A stretch of DNA of 32,000 nucleotides from Wallemia ichthyophaga EXF-994 (taxonomy: Eukaryota > Fungi > Basidiomycota), in contig NW_008806275.1 of assembly GCF_000400465.1 (NCBI RefSeq), forward strand, positions 429,656 through 461,655, given 5' to 3'. How positions within the stretch are numbered: position 1 is the first letter of the stretch; every line of letters begins with the position of its first letter. The notes beneath the pieces were generated by a model. The model was not told the origin of the DNA. It did not search any database and saw only the letters and a list, made by a program, of their open reading frames with translations. The position numbers and the translations under genes were made by a program. Of the stretch, positions 31,989 through 32,000 are shown piece after piece.

Positions 31989-32000
31989 GACTGTTGGTGG

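Noticed and set aside
1-32000. CRISPR arrays, rRNA, transposons
   Set aside because: No regularly spaced repeats, rRNA motifs, transposase/RT ORFs or terminal repeats were observed.

Overview
Very compact, intron-containing eukaryotic (fungal) genomic DNA. Introns are short (about 43-57 nt, GT-AG, CTRAC/CTAAC-like branch points) and intergenic gaps are often under 100 nt. This is consistent with a compact-genome basidiomycete such as Wallemia, but that is an inference I cannot confirm. After manual splicing the window holds, in order: eIF3a (3' part), an F-box-like ORF, a REX3/REXO1-type exonuclease, ARP5, alternative oxidase, an MFS sugar porter, NIC96, a SEC4/Rab8 GTPase, a SNF2/STH1-type remodeler, enoyl-CoA hydratase, a Ure2-like GST, an ABCC transporter, an AIF/AMID-like oxidoreductase, tRNA-Cys(GCA) and SCD6/LSM14. 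A region of about 2.9 kb (27350-30260) lacks recognisable conserved genes but contains two orphan ORFs, one with a divergent homeodomain-like pattern. The most notable observations are: two obligatory microexons (5 nt and 7 nt); REX3 and ARP5 start codons only 30 nt apart with an antisense uORF ending in a TGATG stop-start overlap; an F-box ORF starting 35 nt after the REX3 stop; an AOX intron with an atypical donor bounded by a 5-nt direct repeat; and the homeodomain-like orphan. No CRISPR array, rRNA or mobile element was seen. All family assignments come from motif recognition, not database searches.
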